Origin: Alphaproteobacteria bacterium
GTDB lineage: Bacteria; Pseudomonadota; Alphaproteobacteria; UBA828
DNA: 64,000 nt
NCBI GenBank assembly: GCA_965214705.1
Contig: CBDCCI010000002.1
Location: 320,001 to 384,000 of the forward strand
Direction: 5' to 3'
Shown here: one piece after another, positions 1-10,001 of the stretch
Position numbering within the stretch: the stretch's first letter is position 1
Layout: each line of letters opens with the position of its first letter
Program-made: the position numbers and the translations under genes
The notes under the pieces: generated by a model
Told to the model about the DNA's origin: nothing
What the model saw: the letters and a program-made list of their open reading frames with translations, nothing else
Databases searched by the model: none

Positions 1-736
1 GCATAACTGATTTCGCGGCGGCAGCATGCACATTAAGACGCTGGGCGAAGCCGTGGCGGCTTATCGGTTGCCCACGGGCGCTGAGAAAGAGGTGATTAAC
101 GTGAACCTCGGGACGGATTACGAGCCAGTTCTGAAGAACGGACTGGGTTTCCTTCCAGAGAGGTAGGATCCGCTCGCGTCGCCCCTTGCCCATCACATGC
201 ACCGTATCCAAGTGCGGGTGCGAGAGGCTATCAATCGTAAGCGACGTCAGTTCAGAGACGCGAAGCGCTGCGGTATAGGCGAGATGAAGCATCGCCCGGT
301 CCCGCACACCGGAAGGTGTGCTGATGTCCGGTGCGTCGACAATCGCCTGGATTTCGTCGCGGTCGAGCCAGTGGGGTAGCGCTTTTTCGCTACGCTTCTC
401 CGGAATGGCGTGCAACCGCCGAGAGAGTTCGAGACATGCGGGCTCTCTGTATTCGAGGTAACGAAAGAACGATTTGATTGCTGTTAGCCGGGCGTTCCTC
501 GTGCGAGCCGTGTTTCCACGCTCTTTTTCCAGGTAGTCCAAGAAGTCGAGGATGAGCTCAATTGAGAGTTGCTCGAGTACGATGGAGCTCGGTTGAATGC
601 CGAACCGACCGGCAGCGAACACAGTAAACAGCAGCAGACTGTCGGAGTAGCTGTCTATGGTATTCTGGCTGAGGTGCCGATCGCGTGGCAGGTGCTCGAG
701 AACGAACGCCGTTACATGGGGAGCAATGTAAATCAT
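1..736 (-). CDS. Tyrosine recombinase, RIT element third gene (RitC-like), runs off window edge
   Basis: Manual translation from ATG 736 (ATGA overlap with upstream recombinase stop): MIYIAPHVTAFVLEHLPRDRHLSQNTIDSY...NTARTRNARLTAIKSFFRYL...RDRAMLHLAYTAALRVSEL...VMGKGRRERILPLW; open to position 1, so absent from the ORF track. Confidence 0.9.
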   Translation of the reverse strand, partial: MIYIAPHVTAFVLEHLPRDRHLSQNTIDSYSDSLLLFTVFAAGRFGIQPSSIVLEQLSIELILDFLDYLEKERGNTARTRNARLTAIKSFFRYLEYREPACLELSRRLHAIPEKRSEKALPHWLDRDEIQAIVDAPDISTPSGVRDRAMLHLAYTAALRVSELTSLTIDSLSHPHLDTVHVMGKGRRERILPLWKETQSVLQNWLVIRPEVHVNHLFLSARGQPISRHGFAQRLNVHAAAAKSVM

Positions 737-1599
737 TGTTGCGTCCTCCCCGTCTGTACCCGCTCTGCCTTCTCGGCGATTCGCCGAAGCAGTGGCGGAG
801 TTGCCTTGAGATACCAGTACGTATTGGCCAGGTTGGAGTGGCCGAGGTAGGTAGAGAGAGCCAGCATGTGCGTGCTTGAGTCTTCGTCACTGTCCAGGCT
901 CTCCAGTACCCATACACAGTAGCTGTGCCGCAAATCGTGCAGCCGCGGTCCCGGCTCGCCCGGCTGTCCGCGCAGGCCCAACTGACGAAGAAGCCGCAAA
1001 AATGCACGTGTGGCGGTAGGACCAGCCGGCGGCTTGCCTGTTGCCAGAACAAACAGGTGCTCACCAGGCCCGCCAAGGCGTTTTCTGATCGCGACATACT
1101 CGTCTAGGGCGCGCCATGTGTCTTCGTGAAGCGGCAGGAGTCGGCTCTTGCGGAACTTCGATTCGCGGACGAGTAAGCCGTCTGAGGTGATGTCTGACAG
1201 CTGCAGAGCCAGTGCCTCCGACCTTCGTATGCCCGTCACCGCCATCAGCCCGAACAGGTAATGCCATGTATACGGCGCAATCGGGTCACGAGTGGGCAGG
1301 GACAGAGCAGCGTCCATCACCTGACGAACCTGGGCTCGCGTGAGCAAGTACGGTGACGGCCTGCTTGGGTTTCGCCGGCCCACGACGTCGCGAGGCGGCA
1401 CCTCGTGGCGTGCATCCTCCGCGTGTAGCGAGAGTGCGAAGTTTCGAGCGATCTGCAGCTTGAGCGAAGCCCTGTTCGGGGACGTTCCCTTGGAAGCCAC
1501 CACCACTGCGGCGCAGCGGCTCAGTCGCTGAAGTAACTGGGGGTAGAGTCTTCGACTGGGGTTGAGTCTTCGACGGTTGAAGCGTGAAGTGGTAGCGGG

Positions 1600-1781
1600 T
1601 AGGGCAGACGAGGCCGTCCCTTCAGTGGCGTGCGAGGGCACCCGTTTGGAAGCTTGGCCCGAACCGTGATCGGCTTCTGTCACTGATGGCGCGGGTTCGC
1701 CCGTGACCTCGTTCAAGAGATTGAGACTTCGCCGCGGTTCCTCCCCACCCGCAACGTCAACGGAGTTTGGGAGGGCTCTCG
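1600..1781 (+). ncRNA. Candidate IS110 bridge RNA (boundaries approximate)
   Basis: Contains TTGGAAGC (1646-1653) = left target flank, GGCTT (1672-1676) = reverse complement across the target core, TCAAGAG (1713-1719) = element right end, GGCTCT (1774-1779) = reverse complement across the circle junction. Confidence 0.65.
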
Positions 1782-3206
1782 ATGGCGCGCAAGCGGAGAA
1801 GGAGGCAGCGCCTCAAGGTAGTGCACCCGAATTGCGCCGGGATCGACATCGGCAAGGACCGGCACTTCGTGGCGGTGGATCCGGAGCGAGCCGAGGAACC
1901 GGTGAGGGAGTTCGGCGCGTTCACGCGCGACCTGGATGCGATGGCCGAGTGGCTGAAGTCGTGCGGTGTGACGAAGGTGGCGATGGAGTCGACCTCGGTC
2001 TACTGGATCCCGGTTTACGAGGTCCTGGATCGAGCCGGCTTCGAGGTGATGCTTGTGCCGCCCCGGATGACGAAGCAGATCGGCGGGCGCAAGAGCGATG
2101 TGCTGGACTGCCAGTGGATCTGGCAGCTGATGTCCTACGGCCTTCTGCGCGGCGCCTTCCGGCCGGGCGACGCGATCTGCCCGTTGCGCTCCTTCATGCG
2201 CCAGGCGAAGCAGTTGATCGAGGACCGCTCTCGCTGCGTGCTGCATATGCAGAAGGCGCTGACCCAGATGAACGTGCGTCTGGACTCGGTGATCAGCGAT
2301 ATCATGGGGAAGACGGGTGAGCGCATCCTGCGGGCGATCATCGCCGGCGAGCGCGACCCCGGGCGGCTGGCGTCGCTTCGCGACAGGCGGATCAAGGCCA
2401 GCGCCGACACGATTGCCGCGAGCCTGGAGGGCACTTGGCGCGAGGAGCACCTGTTCGCGCTTGAGCAGGCGATGCAGCGCTACGACTTTCTGGAGCAGCA
2501 GATCGCGGACTGCGAGGCGCGGATCATGGCGGAGGTTGAGCACCTGACCCCGCCGGACGATCCGACGGATGAGGGTACGCCCGAGGACACTCCCAGTGTC
2601 GGATCATCGGGCACGGCGTCGAACGAGACCCCAAGCAGCAGCGGCAGGGCGCTCCGCGGGCAGGATAAGGCCATGGCTATGGCGCTGCATAAGATGATGG
2701 GGGTCGATCTCACCGCAATCCCCACCGTCGGCGTCAACACTGCCCTGGTGATCGCCGCCGAGATCGGTCCTGACTTCTCCGCCTTTCCCTCCGCACAGCA
2801 CTTCAGTTCCTGGCTGGGGCTGGCGCCTGGGACCAGGATCAGCGGCGGCAAACCGTTGCCGGGCCGGGGGCCCAAGGTGGTCAACCGCGTTGGCCAGGCA
2901 CTGCGCATGGCGGCCATGACCGCTCGCACCAGCCAAACCTTCATCGGCGCCAAGCACCGCAGCCGCCTCGCCCGGATGGACACCAGCGTAGCCGTTGTCG
3001 CCACCGCCCGAGAACTCGCCTGCCTGATCTACCTGATGGTGACCCGCGGCCAGCAATATGCCGAGAAGGGGATGGAGGTCTACGAGAGCCGACGCCTGGA
3101 CCGAAAGTTCTCTTCGCTCCGTCGACAGGCCAAGAAGCTCGGCTTCCAACTGGTCGAGATCGACGACGACAACAAAAACACAAATGCCTCTATGTCAACG
3201 GCTTAG
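1782..3206 (+). CDS. IS110-family recombinase/transposase (DEDD RuvC-like + Tnp20 domain)
   Basis: CAGIDIGK, VAMESTSVYW, KSDVLDC (DEDD), IPTVG, SWLGLAPGTRISGG (catalytic Ser); ATG 1782 after GGGAGGG. Confidence 0.95.
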   Translation: MARKRRRRQRLKVVHPNCAGIDIGKDRHFVAVDPERAEEPVREFGAFTRDLDAMAEWLKSCGVTKVAMESTSVYWIPVYEVLDRAGFEVMLVPPRMTKQIGGRKSDVLDCQWIWQLMSYGLLRGAFRPGDAICPLRSFMRQAKQLIEDRSRCVLHMQKALTQMNVRLDSVISDIMGKTGERILRAIIAGERDPGRLASLRDRRIKASADTIAASLEGTWREEHLFALEQAMQRYDFLEQQIADCEARIMAEVEHLTPPDDPTDEGTPEDTPSVGSSGTASNETPSSSGRALRGQDKAMAMALHKMMGVDLTAIPTVGVNTALVIAAEIGPDFSAFPSAQHFSSWLGLAPGTRISGGKPLPGRGPKVVNRVGQALRMAAMTARTSQTFIGAKHRSRLARMDTSVAVVATARELACLIYLMVTRGQQYAEKGMEVYESRRLDRKFSSLRRQAKKLGFQLVEIDDDNKNTNASMSTA

Positions 3207-3368
3207 AGAGAAGTTACTCAAGAGCCCAGTCGATGATTCGGTCGCAGCGTGTCCATTCGTCCCCGAATGCCGTGGCGAACTCGGCGTACTCCCGCAGCAC
3301 CCGCTCGTTGTCCGCAAACTTGTAGCCAAGCTTCCTGTTCAGCTCGACGTAGCGTTCGACGTGGAGGA

Positions 3369-4940
3369 TTAACGACATGCCTCATCTCCTCCAATCCAGG
3401 GTTGTGCAACGTGGAGAAGCATTTCGGTGTCCACCTTGGCGTAGATCGCCGTGGTCTCTCGGAACCGATGGCGAAGCACCGCCCCAACAACGTCCAGCGT
3501 GGCGCCAGAGCGCAGCAGGCTGGTCGCGGCGGAATGGCGAAAGACACGAACGCCCCCCGCGCCGGGGGGTTTGACCTCGGCGCGGTCGAGCGCATCGCGC
3601 GCGATTAGCGATACCATCTGGCCGTCCCGGAACGGTCGATGTGGCGCTCGCGTCCGGAGGAACACTTTCTCTTCGTCGACCCGGGGACGCGCGGTGAGGA
3701 TGTAGTCCAGCAACGCGTCACCGACATCCTGCGGAAGGGGCAGAGCGGCCTCGATTGCCGACTTGCTACGGACACGAAGAGAGGCGTTCTTCCAATCGAT
3801 GTCTGACAGTTTCAGATTCGAGACGTCCCGTGCCCGGAGGCCGAGCCTGCCAAGAAGGAGGACAATCGTACGATCACGTCTCCCTTTGCCTGTCGTTGTG
3901 TCGAACGATCCAATCACCCGTTCCATATCGTCGGGCGAGATGTATTTCGGCAATGTCGAGAGCCGCCAATGAGGAACTGTCGGGATTGCTTCGACCAGTT
4001 CTGCGGGGCATTCGCCCTTCGAGGCCAAGTAGCGGATGTACATGCGCACCGCTCCGACCAGATTCTTAGCGTAGGATGGCGAGACGTCCTTTAGGTGATG
4101 TAGGAGAGCACTTCTGATTACTTCAACATCGTATCCGCGCGGATTATCGCCGAGATTCGGCAGCACTCTGGAAAGGTTGTAAATGTGATTCTGAATCGCC
4201 TCGTCTCCGGTGCCGCGGTGTTGACGCAACCACTCTCGGTAGTCATCCAGCCCGTCGTTGGGCTCCTTCCTCGATGGCAACATCTTCGGAGCTAGACCCC
4301 GTTCAGCGAGGAACGTGATGAACGCCCGGGTCTGGTAAGGGACGCGAACAGCGGCACGATGTCCTCTGAATCCAAAGAAGACACCGGGCCGGGCACAATT
4401 GCAGTCGTGGCTGGAGAACCGGTCGAGCACGGACTTGTCGATGTCGGCCAGGGAGATGCGACAATGATGGAGCCAGAAGAGGAAGTGACGGCTCCCGCCG
4501 CGGCAATGTCTGATTGAGCTCGCCGAATGACCCTCCGCCTGCCGCTGCTCCAGGAAGGTGTTCAGCAGGCGGAGGTTGTCATCAATCTCTCCTGGAGTAG
4601 TTATCCGCCCGGTCTCCTCAAGAAACTGAACAAACGTGCGAAGACCGGATACAAAGTGAGGTACCTCCCGGTTGTGAAGCCGATTGAACTTGAACGGCGG
4701 CACCGGACAGGTGCACTCATGCTCAAGAAAGCGGTGCAGGATATCGTCGTCCACCGTGTCCAGAGAGGTACGGCTAAGCTTCAACCAAGCCAGAAAGTGT
4801 TCCGCGGGACCCAGATACCTGAGGATCTTGGCGTGGCCACGTCCCGCCTCAGACAGGTAGGCCGAAAACTGCGGGATGATGCCTGTGAACAGGGCCTGAT
4901 CCGTTCCAGAGCTGACGGTGCATCGGGTGTCTTGTGACAT
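3369..4940 (-). CDS. Tyrosine recombinase, RIT first gene (RitA-like, long form)
   Basis: GLRARDV, VFRHSAATSLLRSG, VLRH...TTAIYAKVD, C-terminal QPWIGG; AGGAGG RBS before ATG 4940; overlaps ritB start. Confidence 0.92.
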   Translation of the reverse strand: MSQDTRCTVSSGTDQALFTGIIPQFSAYLSEAGRGHAKILRYLGPAEHFLAWLKLSRTSLDTVDDDILHRFLEHECTCPVPPFKFNRLHNREVPHFVSGLRTFVQFLEETGRITTPGEIDDNLRLLNTFLEQRQAEGHSASSIRHCRGGSRHFLFWLHHCRISLADIDKSVLDRFSSHDCNCARPGVFFGFRGHRAAVRVPYQTRAFITFLAERGLAPKMLPSRKEPNDGLDDYREWLRQHRGTGDEAIQNHIYNLSRVLPNLGDNPRGYDVEVIRSALLHHLKDVSPSYAKNLVGAVRMYIRYLASKGECPAELVEAIPTVPHWRLSTLPKYISPDDMERVIGSFDTTTGKGRRDRTIVLLLGRLGLRARDVSNLKLSDIDWKNASLRVRSKSAIEAALPLPQDVGDALLDYILTARPRVDEEKVFLRTRAPHRPFRDGQMVSLIARDALDRAEVKPPGAGGVRVFRHSAATSLLRSGATLDVVGAVLRHRFRETTAIYAKVDTEMLLHVAQPWIGGDEACR

Positions 4941-4988
4941 CGTGATGTCCTCCTTTCGTGACAACGCGAAAGAAGCACATCACAAGAC

Positions 4989-5052
4989 TATGTTGAGCGT
5001 TTAGGCCCCTGCAGCCAGAGCTGCCGGGGCCTTCGCGTCGCTGCTCAACATA
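4989..5052. repeat. Nested inverted repeat at the RIT element end (probable recombinase binding site)
   Basis: TATGTTGAGC (4989-4998) / GCTCAACATA (5043-5052) enclosing AGGCCCC...GGGGCCT and GCAGC...GCTGC stems, just upstream of ritA. Confidence 0.65.
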
Positions 5053-5807
5053 TTGTTCGACGCGAAATGCCACCTGTCGGAAGATCCCCGTGGCCCCGTT
5101 CGCGTGCACGAGCGCCATCGCGTCCGCGAGGTCGCCCGTCACCTGCTCGACACCCACCCGATGCTGTGAGCGGTGACGAACGACATCGGCGGTGTCTTCG
5201 GCGGCACCGGGAGCGGCTCGCTCTCAATCCCGTTGCCCGGCCCGCGGCCGGCACCGCGCCTCCCATCGCCTCGACGGTGGCGCACCGCTGGCAGGCAACA
5301 GAAACAAAATGGTCCGTTCGTCGTGATGTCCGAGGGTTCCACGCGTGCTCGCGCCAGCAACCCTGCGGGTCCTCCGGTCGCTCCGCTCCCTGCGGCCTGA
5401 CCCAAGGAAGTCTAAGGCGGGCCGTGAAGTTCGGCGACCGTGAAGATGGCTCACGTGTAATCGCCAACCGCCTCGTCTCGCAGCGCGCCGGCCCCTGACG
5501 CGGGGCCGCCGCGTCACGCTGCACCGCATCAAATCCATTCGCGGAACCATTCGTGGCGGCGCCTAGACGCCGGGCAGGCCCAAGCGGGCCCGCCCGGCCC
5601 GGCGCCGTAATGACCACTGGAATGGATTTGCTGCGGCGCACCGTTCCCACCGGCACCACGGCGCCATCTTCCGCACCATCGCCGAACTTCCGCACCACCC
5701 CGCCTAAGACTTCCCAGGGCCAGGTGCTGCCTCTGCGCGCGCGTGAATCACAAAGGACATCACGACGGGGCACAGGGTCCCGGAGGTTGAACCAACAGGA
5801 GATCGTC

Positions 5808-6728
5808 ATGATCGACACCATCGACACCACCGCATCAGCTTCTTCCACTGCCACCGTCTGCGAGAGCATGGCCCTCTACGGCGCAGCGCCCGAGCGCGGC
5901 GAGCTCGACAGCAGGGTCGTCTGGGACGAGGACGATGCCATCGACGCGCTGAACGAAGCCATCCGCGTCATCGTCGACGGTATCACCGTAGACGGCACAC
6001 AGATGGCCGACGAGCGCGAGCCCCTGATGTGGGGTCTGACCAACATGCTGCACTCGCAGGTCACACGCCTCGACCGCGCCGTCGATCGCATCACGCCCGA
6101 GATGCGCGACCTTGAGAAGGCACAGGACGGTTCCGAGGTGAAGGCCTGGGAGTTGCAGACCATGACCGACCGTGCGCAGAGCCTCGGCGACCGGCGCGAC
6201 GCCTTCGAGAAGCTCCGCGACCTCGCCGCCGACGCCTACCGCGTCGAGACCGGCGACACCTGGCGCCCGCGCCATGGCTCGCACACGAGCCAGACCGGAC
6301 AGCTCACCTCCGCCGCCATCGACGCCCGTGATTTTCGGCGCGCATGCAAGGACCGCGAGACCCGCGCGCACCTGCCCGAGGGAACGCTGGTCGCCGTCAC
6401 CGGCGGCAAGACCGTCAGTGATGCCGACGCGGTCTGGAGCACGCTCGACATGGCGCGCGCGAAGTACGGCGACATGGTGCTGCTACATGGTGGCGGTCCC
6501 GGTGTCGAGAAGATCGCCGCGAGCTGGGCCGAGGCCAGAGGCGTCAACCAGGTCGTGTGCCGCCCCGACTGGAGCGCGCACGGCAAGGCCGCGCCCTTCC
6601 GCCGCAACGACGAGCTGCTCAACTTCCTGCCCAAGGGCGTCATCGCGTTTCCCGGCAGCGGCATCACCGGCAACCTCGTCGACAAAGCTCGCACGCTGGG
6701 CATACCGGTGATGACCGTGGCCGCGTGA
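5808..6728 (+). CDS. DUF2493 / SLOG (YspA-like) domain plasmid protein
   Basis: C-terminal VAVTGG...LLHGGGPGVEKIAASWA...PDWSAHGKAAPFRRND...IAFPGSGITGNLVDKA; AGGAGA RBS before ATG 5808. Confidence 0.85.
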   Translation: MIDTIDTTASASSTATVCESMALYGAAPERGELDSRVVWDEDDAIDALNEAIRVIVDGITVDGTQMADEREPLMWGLTNMLHSQVTRLDRAVDRITPEMRDLEKAQDGSEVKAWELQTMTDRAQSLGDRRDAFEKLRDLAADAYRVETGDTWRPRHGSHTSQTGQLTSAAIDARDFRRACKDRETRAHLPEGTLVAVTGGKTVSDADAVWSTLDMARAKYGDMVLLHGGGPGVEKIAASWAEARGVNQVVCRPDWSAHGKAAPFRRNDELLNFLPKGVIAFPGSGITGNLVDKARTLGIPVMTVAA

Positions 6729-7574
6729 CGGCGACGCTTGCCTGTTCCGTTGGAGGCGGTTCTCGCTTCGGCGAGGATCGCCTCCACATTTTTTTCGCCG
6801 TCCCCCCTCGCGCATCGCGGCGCGGCACTCCGTGCCGCCGCCGCGCGCGTTTCCTTCGTCAGCGCCTGCGGCAACTGCGCTCGCGCCTGGCTTGGCGCTA
6901 CGCGCCGGCGCCGCGCTCGCCGAACGCGAAGTGCTCTCCGGCCTGCCATCCGCAGCCGTCGCGTCTGGCTCGGCGCGTGCGCGCCATCGCCGGACGCTCG
7001 CCGCACCCTGGCGCCCACGACCGCCGCGCGCTGACCGACAGTGCCGACGACGACGAGCGCCTGCCTGCAAATCCCACACGTACCATGTGGATATCCTTGC
7101 CGCCGCACGACCGGAAGCGCGACTGCGCCGTGCCCCGGTCCGCTCCGTCGCCGCTGGCGACGTTCGCCGCGACACCTTGCCCGCACGATATGCCGCCTCG
7201 GCTGAAGCGCCGAGCGTCACCCCGCCCGACACTCGCCATGACGATGGTGATCGTTCAACCGTGCTGACCATGATCGTGTGCCCCCTCCAGTGCCCAATCC
7301 GGTCGCACCGCACACCGTCGTGTGCCCTGCGCGACCGCCCGGCCAACTGCCGCAGAAACTCCGGCATGCCTCGCTCAACAGGTTGGGCCCTGACCCCTTT
7401 TCTCACCCCCCCCTCAAGTCCCGGCTCTACGGCGGAGCCGCTTTAACTTTCACACCTGACGCAGCAGGCTGCCGGACGGGAAAAACGAGTAGAAGTGGTG
7501 AAAAGCGAATAGAAATAAGACCGGGGAATCGCGCAGAAGCTACAGAAAACATGCTCCCGACGTGCCGGAAAAGT

Positions 7575-7715
7575 GATACCAAGTTGGTATCCGCTCGTCC
7601 TCGTGGCAGATTCGCACGATATACCAATGCGTTGGAAGTCAGCTCCTCCTCTCGTTTCGGCTCTTCGCAGCCGTATCGAATTCGCTCTTTTCCGTTCAGC
7701 CACCACTTTGGTATC
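7575..7715. promoter_or_regulatory. Repeated (G)ATACCAA boxes upstream of the RHH gene; candidate oriT/operator region
   Basis: Perfect inverted repeat GATACCAA-G-TTGGTATC (7575-7591), further copies at 7621-7627 and 7708-7715 in a lower-GC intergenic stretch. Confidence 0.45.
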
Positions 7716-7878
7716 GGAGCCTGTTGCGTACTTCGGCAAGAACCGCAACATTCGTAGCGTCGAGAACGGGTATTGGTCGGCGCACCGATGGGACAGCGCG
7801 CATGGAAAGAGATCCCGAAAGCCGGCGCCGTTAAGCTCGCAACGACGGCGAATACGACGATGAAGGGCAACAGGAAAC

Positions 7879-8175
7879 ATGACAAGGACGCTGCAAAAGA
7901 ACATTCGAGTCCGTCCCGAGCAGTGGGAACGCCTCGAAGACGCCGCTCGAGAGCGCGACACGACCGCGAACCAGCTGCTCCTCGAACTTGCGATGGAAGC
8001 CCTGGACCGTCGCGAATGGCCGAAGACCGATCTCGAAATCCTCATGCTGCGCTCGTGCGTGTTCGCCGCCCAGGCCGCAGTGCGCGACATGATCGCGGCC
8101 GGCCGCAGCGATGAGATCGAGGAAATCGAGCGGGCCATCTCCGCAGTCGCCCCGGCCATGCCCGAGAACCTGTGA
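7879..8175 (+). CDS. Ribbon-helix-helix (CopG-like) DNA-binding protein, possible relaxosome accessory factor
   Basis: KNIRVRPEQWERLEDAARERDTTANQLLLELAMEAL strand-helix-helix pattern; AGGAAA RBS. Confidence 0.7.
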   Translation: MTRTLQKNIRVRPEQWERLEDAARERDTTANQLLLELAMEALDRREWPKTDLEILMLRSCVFAAQAAVRDMIAAGRSDEIEEIERAISAVAPAMPENL

Positions 8176-8292
8176 CCGCGGCTCCTGCGAGAGGGCGGCA
8201 GCTGCACGGCAACGAGGAGCATCAGGCCAATTCGAACTCCCGCCATACGAGAATCGCCCCCGGGCGATCACCTCCGTCACGGGCACGCGACC

Positions 8293-8598
8293 TCAGTTCC
8301 TGACATCGTGGAGCACGTCAAGCTGGGAGAAAACCACCCCAAGTTCCTTGCGGACCTTCCGCATCTCGACAAGCAGACCCCGGAACGTCTCACGCGTCTT
8401 CTCGTCGAATTCGGAATCCGCTTCGACATCCCGCTCAAGACCTTCAAGGTCCTGATCGATCATCCTCAACAAGCCCGCCCCCAGGTCCGGGTTCCCCGAC
8501 GCCACCAGTACGGAAAGGAAGCTGATCAACCGCCGATTGCACAGCACCTGCGCTCGCAATTCTTCCGTCATCATCACGAACCCCATCCTCCTTCTCAC
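8293..8598 (-). CDS. Hypothetical small helical protein
   Basis: 101 aa ORF with protein-like composition (charged amphipathic helices); start uncertain. Confidence 0.45.
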   Translation of the reverse strand: MRRRMGFVMMTEELRAQVLCNRRLISFLSVLVASGNPDLGAGLLRMIDQDLEGLERDVEADSEFDEKTRETFRGLLVEMRKVRKELGVVFSQLDVLHDVRN

Positions 8599-8844
8599 GC
8601 TCCCGACATGGGTACCGCGTCACCTTGTCCTCTGAAGCCAACGAGCGCCAGGGTCCGTGCGCCGGGTTTCCGTCCCTCAGCCGGCCGGCTCGCTACTCTG
8701 CCGAGGCCCGCGCCGGTATTCGACGCCCGGCACGAGACACCGTCGCGGGCATGAGCACCGCCGGGGCAACTCCTCCGCAGCCAGCATCCGACCGCATCAC
8801 AGGCGATCATATTTCGGTTGCGCGCCGACCTGCGGCGATGTAGC

Positions 8845-8856
8845 GTTACATGTAAC
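8845..8856. promoter_or_regulatory. Palindromic operator of the TA operon
   Basis: Perfect 12-bp palindrome GTTACATGTAAC ending 18 bp before the antitoxin ATG. Confidence 0.65.
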
Positions 8857-8874
8857 TGCTGACGCGGGAACACC

Positions 8875-9096
8875 ATGCCGAGATCGGTAAACGAACGGGT
8901 CCGAAAGCGGCGAGAGGCGATGCGCCAGGCCGGGCTTCGACCCGTGCAGATGTGGGTACCGGACACCCGCAAGCCGGGTTTCGCGGAGGAATGCCGGCGC
9001 CAGGGCCAGGTCGCAGCCGACGCCGACCTCGCCGATCCGGATCTGCTTGAGGTCATGGACGCCGCCCTGGCGAGTGCCCACGAGTGGACGTCGTAA
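8875..9096 (+). CDS. DUF3018 / MazE-like antitoxin
   Basis: ERVRKRREAMRQAGLRPVQMWVPDTRKPGFAEECRRQ signature; overlaps a PemK-type toxin. Confidence 0.9.
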   Translation: MPRSVNERVRKRREAMRQAGLRPVQMWVPDTRKPGFAEECRRQGQVAADADLADPDLLEVMDAALASAHEWTS

Positions 9097-9416
9097 GGCG
9101 CGGCGATCTCGTGACCGTCGCGGTCGCCGGCGACTTCGGCAAGCCGCGCCCAGCCCTGGTCATCCAGTCCGATCAATTCGACACCACCGCGACGGTCACG
9201 GTGCTACTGGTGTCGAGCACGATCGTTGAGGCGCCGCTGATCCGCCTGACCGTTGAGCCTTCCGCGGGCAACGGTCTCCGGCAGCGCTCTCAGGTCATGG
9301 CCGACAAGGCGATGACGGTGAAGCGGGACAAACTTGGATCGCGTCTCGGCCGTCTCGATGACGACACCCTGGGCTCCGTCAACCGGGCCTTGGCATTGTT
9401 CCTCGGCTTCGCCTAG
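9084..9416 (+). CDS. mazF: PemK/MazF family endoribonuclease toxin
   Basis: RRGDLVTVAVAGDFGKPRPALVIQSD...NGLRQRSQVMADK...LGRLDD. Confidence 0.93.
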   Translation: MDVVRRGDLVTVAVAGDFGKPRPALVIQSDQFDTTATVTVLLVSSTIVEAPLIRLTVEPSAGNGLRQRSQVMADKAMTVKRDKLGSRLGRLDDDTLGSVNRALALFLGFA

Positions 9417-9454
9417 GGAACAGGAACGGCCCATTGTCGCCGTCAAGACGGACA

Positions 9455-9811
9455 ATGGCCCGGATCGGCAGAAATCAGCCTTGCCCATGCGGCAGCGGCA
9501 GGAAGTACGAGCGCTGCTGCTGGGAGCGCGACCGCGCCGCTCGCGTTCGCACCGCCCCGGCAGTATCGACTCAGCGACACCGCGTCCCGGCAGAATCCCT
9601 TCTCCGATGCCGCTTTGCGGAGACCGGGCTCGACCTCCTGCTTCTCCTCGATCTTCTGGATTGTGATAGGCCCCAATCTCCCCCGGAGGGAGGGATGGTT
9701 GCGAAGTTCGCATTCCGTGATCATTTCCATGAGAACTCTCCCTCTCGTGGAGTAAATCGCCCCACCCGTGGCAGCGGGCGGGGCGCCCTTTTTCGCCAGC
9801 AAACGCCGTAG
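9455..9811 (+). pseudogene. SEC-C zinc motif remnant
   Basis: MARIGRNQPCPCGSGRKYERCC followed by sequence that does not look protein-like. Confidence 0.55.
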
Positions 9812-10001
9812 CGTTGACGCCCCTGCGTCAACCTGCGACGCTTCTCCTGTCGCCATTTCAACCATGGGGAGCCTGTGCGCCGGGCTGCCCGCTGAATAGA
9901 ACACCGTTCGCGCGGAAACAGGCGGGAACCGTGACCCCATGGTTGTTTGGCGACCGGCCCGGCACCACGCCGGCGCCGACCCTGACACATGGGAGGACGG
10001 C

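Larger units (their letters stand above)
1495..3226 (+). mobile_element. IS110-family insertion sequence
   Basis: Boundaries defined by restoring the ritB frame; AGCC at both junctions (1495-1498, 3223-3226); ~280 nt 5' non-coding end and very short 3' end. Confidence 0.85.
733..3378 (-). pseudogene. Tyrosine recombinase, RIT second gene (RitB-like), split by IS110
   Basis: N-terminus 3378-3223 (MSLILHVERYVELNRKLGYKF...IIDWA) joins in frame to 1494-733 (SKGTSPNR...GIRRSEAL...SKFRKSR...LHDLRHSY...YLGHS...TYWYL), giving ~305 aa once the IS is removed. Confidence 0.88.

Noticed and set aside
1495-1716. N-terminal ~74 aa of track ORF 733-1716
   Set aside because: Read-through into the IS110 left end; the real N-terminus is at 3378-3223.
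1713-3224. TCAAGAG pair as the IS110 target duplication
   Set aside because: Joining at these sites does not restore the ritB frame (early stop), whereas joining at AGCC does; the inner copy is better explained as a donor guide.
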